Positions 24,829-26,442 of a DNA stretch of 26,442 nt are shown one piece after another. Every line of letters starts with the position of its first letter. Positions within the stretch are counted from its first letter, which is position 1. The DNA comes from a virus (taxonomy: Duplodnaviria > Caudoviricetes). The DNA is taken from positions 1 through 26,442 of the IMG/VR virus record IMGVR_UViG_3300025018_000484; one strand, written 5' to 3'. The notes beneath the pieces are model-generated. The model saw only the letters and a list, made by a program, of their open reading frames with translations, had not been told where the DNA came from and ran no database searches. The translations under genes were made by a program, and so were the position numbers.

Positions 24829-25336
24829 GTCTCTGTTCCAATCTTTCGATGTACCCTTGGGCTGCATCCACTGCCGTTCGAACCTTCACAAACCCGGTTT
24901 TTTTTCGCGCCTCGGGCGCTTTAAAACCGTTAGGTTTTATTGGTTCTGGTTCTGGTTCTGGATAGCATTGCGTTCGCATTGCGTTCGCATCACCCTTTTT
25001 TGTTTGTTTCCAACGGCTTGCGGCGGAGTCCCTTGCTTTGGCCGTTTTTTCGGTCGTTTTCGCGCGCTCTTTTTGGAGCCGCTTTTGCACCCATATTTTC
25101 TTGCGCTTGTTGAGGGTCCAGAAGCCCATGACGATAGGTTTCATCTCTGCCCATTGCGGGCCGGTGACGCCTGAAAAGCGGGCAAGCATCTGGTCGTCAT
25201 CTGGGAGATCGCAATTCGGTCTGCGCCATGCCTGGATAAGCAAAAGCAAATACGCACCATGCTCGACCGTGGTCAGGTGCGTCGTGTCACCAAGGTAGGC
25301 GTCCGTCCAGAAAGGCATGTAGGGAAATTCAGCCAA
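24743..25336 (-). CDS. DUF1376 (YdaU-like) phage replication initiator
   Basis: PYMPFWTDAYLGDTTHLTTVEHGAYLLLLIQAW...LPDDDQMLAR...QKRLQKE. TTG start. Internal repeats and a PEPEPEP linker. Confidence 0.85.
   Translation of the reverse strand: MAEFPYMPFWTDAYLGDTTHLTTVEHGAYLLLLIQAWRRPNCDLPDDDQMLARFSGVTGPQWAEMKPIVMGFWTLNKRKKIWVQKRLQKERAKTTEKTAKARDSAASRWKQTKKGDANAMRTQCYPEPEPEPIKPNGFKAPEARKKTGFVKVRTAVDAAQGYIERLEQRHEQAGQNSDGQTLGDDVQLLPSVAGRGR
24922..24990. repeat. candidate replication origin inside the initiator gene
   Basis: GCATTGCGTTC x2 plus GCAT (24965-24990), TGGTTC x3 (24941-24958), and the AT-rich inverted repeat TAAAACC-GTTA-GGTTTTA (24922-24939). Confidence 0.5.
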
Positions 25337-25517
25337 GTACCGTCACCCCGCAAAATCGGGTTTGCTCTTGACGGCAGATGTGATAAAAACTAGGGCCTAT
25401 TTCAGCCATGCGCGCCTCCTGCTTAGGTGCGTTTCGGTTAGGGCTGATGAGGTGTTTCCAGCACCAAATCAGCCCGTTCTCTATAGCACATTTTGCCAAT
25501 GGATTCAAAGCGTTCAT
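25329..25517 (-). CDS. possible hypothetical protein (MNALNPLAKC...)
   Basis: ATG 25517 overlaps the upstream stop, and the stop overlaps the initiator start. No recognisable motif. Confidence 0.35.
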   Translation of the reverse strand: MNALNPLAKCAIENGLIWCWKHLISPNRNAPKQEARMAEIGPSFYHICRQEQTRFCGVTVLG

Positions 25518-25717
25518 CCGCTTTTCCTCGCAAGCATTTCTTCGTAGGATTTGCAAAAGTACGTGAGGAACGCCAGATCCCGGCGCTTCTGCTCAACCTC
25601 GAATTCAGGACGTGCCCGCTTGCCGGTGGAGAACTCGTCAAGCCACTTCTGCTTGCCGTGCAACTGGCCTAGGAGCCATTCGTAGCTCTCCTGGGGAGTG
25701 GGGCGGAAGTCGTTCAT
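25514..25717 (-). CDS. hypothetical protein
   Basis: 67 aa, ATGA-coupled to rusA. Confidence 0.6.
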   Translation of the reverse strand: MNDFRPTPQESYEWLLGQLHGKQKWLDEFSTGKRARPEFEVEQKRRDLAFLTYFCKSYEEMLARKSG

Positions 25718-26076
25718 GCGGCTGACAGCTCGATATGAACGCCGGCCACATCATCGGCCCATTCGGCATAGACGCTTTCGGCCAGGCTATCGTCCGAAAC
25801 AGTTCCAGCCTTCACCAGCGCGTCACTGAGGGGCTTGATGAGATTATCGATGTCTCTGGCCCGCTTGCTTCTCCAGTGGCGTTGTGCGCGAACCTTGAGC
25901 CGATATGGACCGGACAATGTGCCCTTGCGCTGCGCTGCTATTTCCCACACTGCTGCCGCGCGCCATTTGGAATAGGCGTCTGTCTTGGCGCTCATGACGC
26001 GACCATCCTTGATGAAGGATTTGCGCAACCCGTTGGCCGATGGCGGCAGGTCAGTCAGTGTGATCGTGATGCTCAT
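25714..26076 (-). CDS. rusA: RusA-family Holliday junction resolvase
   Basis: LPPSAN...RDIDNLIKPLSDAL...DDS catalytic signature. ATG 26076 with GAGGA RBS. Confidence 0.9.
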   Translation of the reverse strand: MSITITLTDLPPSANGLRKSFIKDGRVMSAKTDAYSKWRAAAVWEIAAQRKGTLSGPYRLKVRAQRHWRSKRARDIDNLIKPLSDALVKAGTVSDDSLAESVYAEWADDVAGVHIELSAA

Positions 26077-26175
26077 GCTATTCCTCGTTCCGGTTTTCAT
26101 CCGTGAGGGTTTCCGGTTCCCGCGTGTCCCACAAAGCGCATGAGAGGTTTCGAGGCCCGCGCCTTGTGTCGAATG

Positions 26176-26412
26176 TCATGGGTTGCTCTTGAGGGTGGCC
26201 AGCGCCTTATCTCGGCACTCAAGCCAGCGGGCGTCATCCTCTGGGTTCACGCCCTCAAATGGATATTCGCCGTTGTAACCTTCGCCGCTATCGAGGAAGC
26301 CGATCAGGTATGCTTGGTTGATTGTCGCATCCCTTTCCGCCTCCGCCTTCACTAGGCGGGCTACAAGGTCGGAGACGTAGGAGGCGATGACCTCAATTCC
26401 CTTACCGTTCAT
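26176..26412 (-). CDS. hypothetical protein
   Basis: 78 aa on the operon strand, with GGA upstream of the ATG. Confidence 0.55.
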   Translation of the reverse strand: MNGKGIEVIASYVSDLVARLVKAEAERDATINQAYLIGFLDSGEGYNGEYPFEGVNPEDDARWLECRDKALATLKSNP

Positions 26413-26442
26413 TTCGTCCGATAAGGCCGCCGCGAGTGCTTT

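Larger units (their letters stand above)
1..26442 (-). mobile_element. segment of a tailed phage or prophage (podovirus-type morphogenesis, lambdoid-like replication-to-late gene order)
   Basis: Continuous co-oriented phage genes across the window. No host genes, integrase or att site are visible, so free phage versus prophage cannot be decided. Confidence 0.92.

Noticed and set aside
26078-26179. 33-codon ORF (MTFDTRRGPRNLSC...) upstream of rusA
   Set aside because: Plausible coupling to neighbours, but too short and featureless to support.

Overview
This window is the late (virion) operon plus the replication/late-control block of a tailed, short-tail (podovirus-type) phage or prophage, probably of an alphaproteobacterium (host is an inference). 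Nearly everything is on the - strand. Read right to left, the order is: RusA, DUF1376 initiator, DnaA-C HTH protein, NusG-family antiterminator, late promoter, ~550-nt structured leader containing a tRNA-like RNA, small ORFs, terS, terL, portal, scaffold, major capsid, adaptor, tail fibre, tail nozzle, ejection proteins. The major capsid gene is split by a 930-nt group I intron (12784-13713) carrying an HNH endonuclease ORF that is open through the ribozyme core. The standout observation is a hairpin in the intron's P5 region that buries the endonuclease's Shine-Dalgarno sequence. Its 5' arm and loop are a perfect 15-nt antisense copy of the ligated exon junction, with the loop centred on the splice point. 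This looks like a natural toehold switch or guide that senses spliced or intron-less capsid RNA. All structures were read by eye; no searches or folding programs were run.
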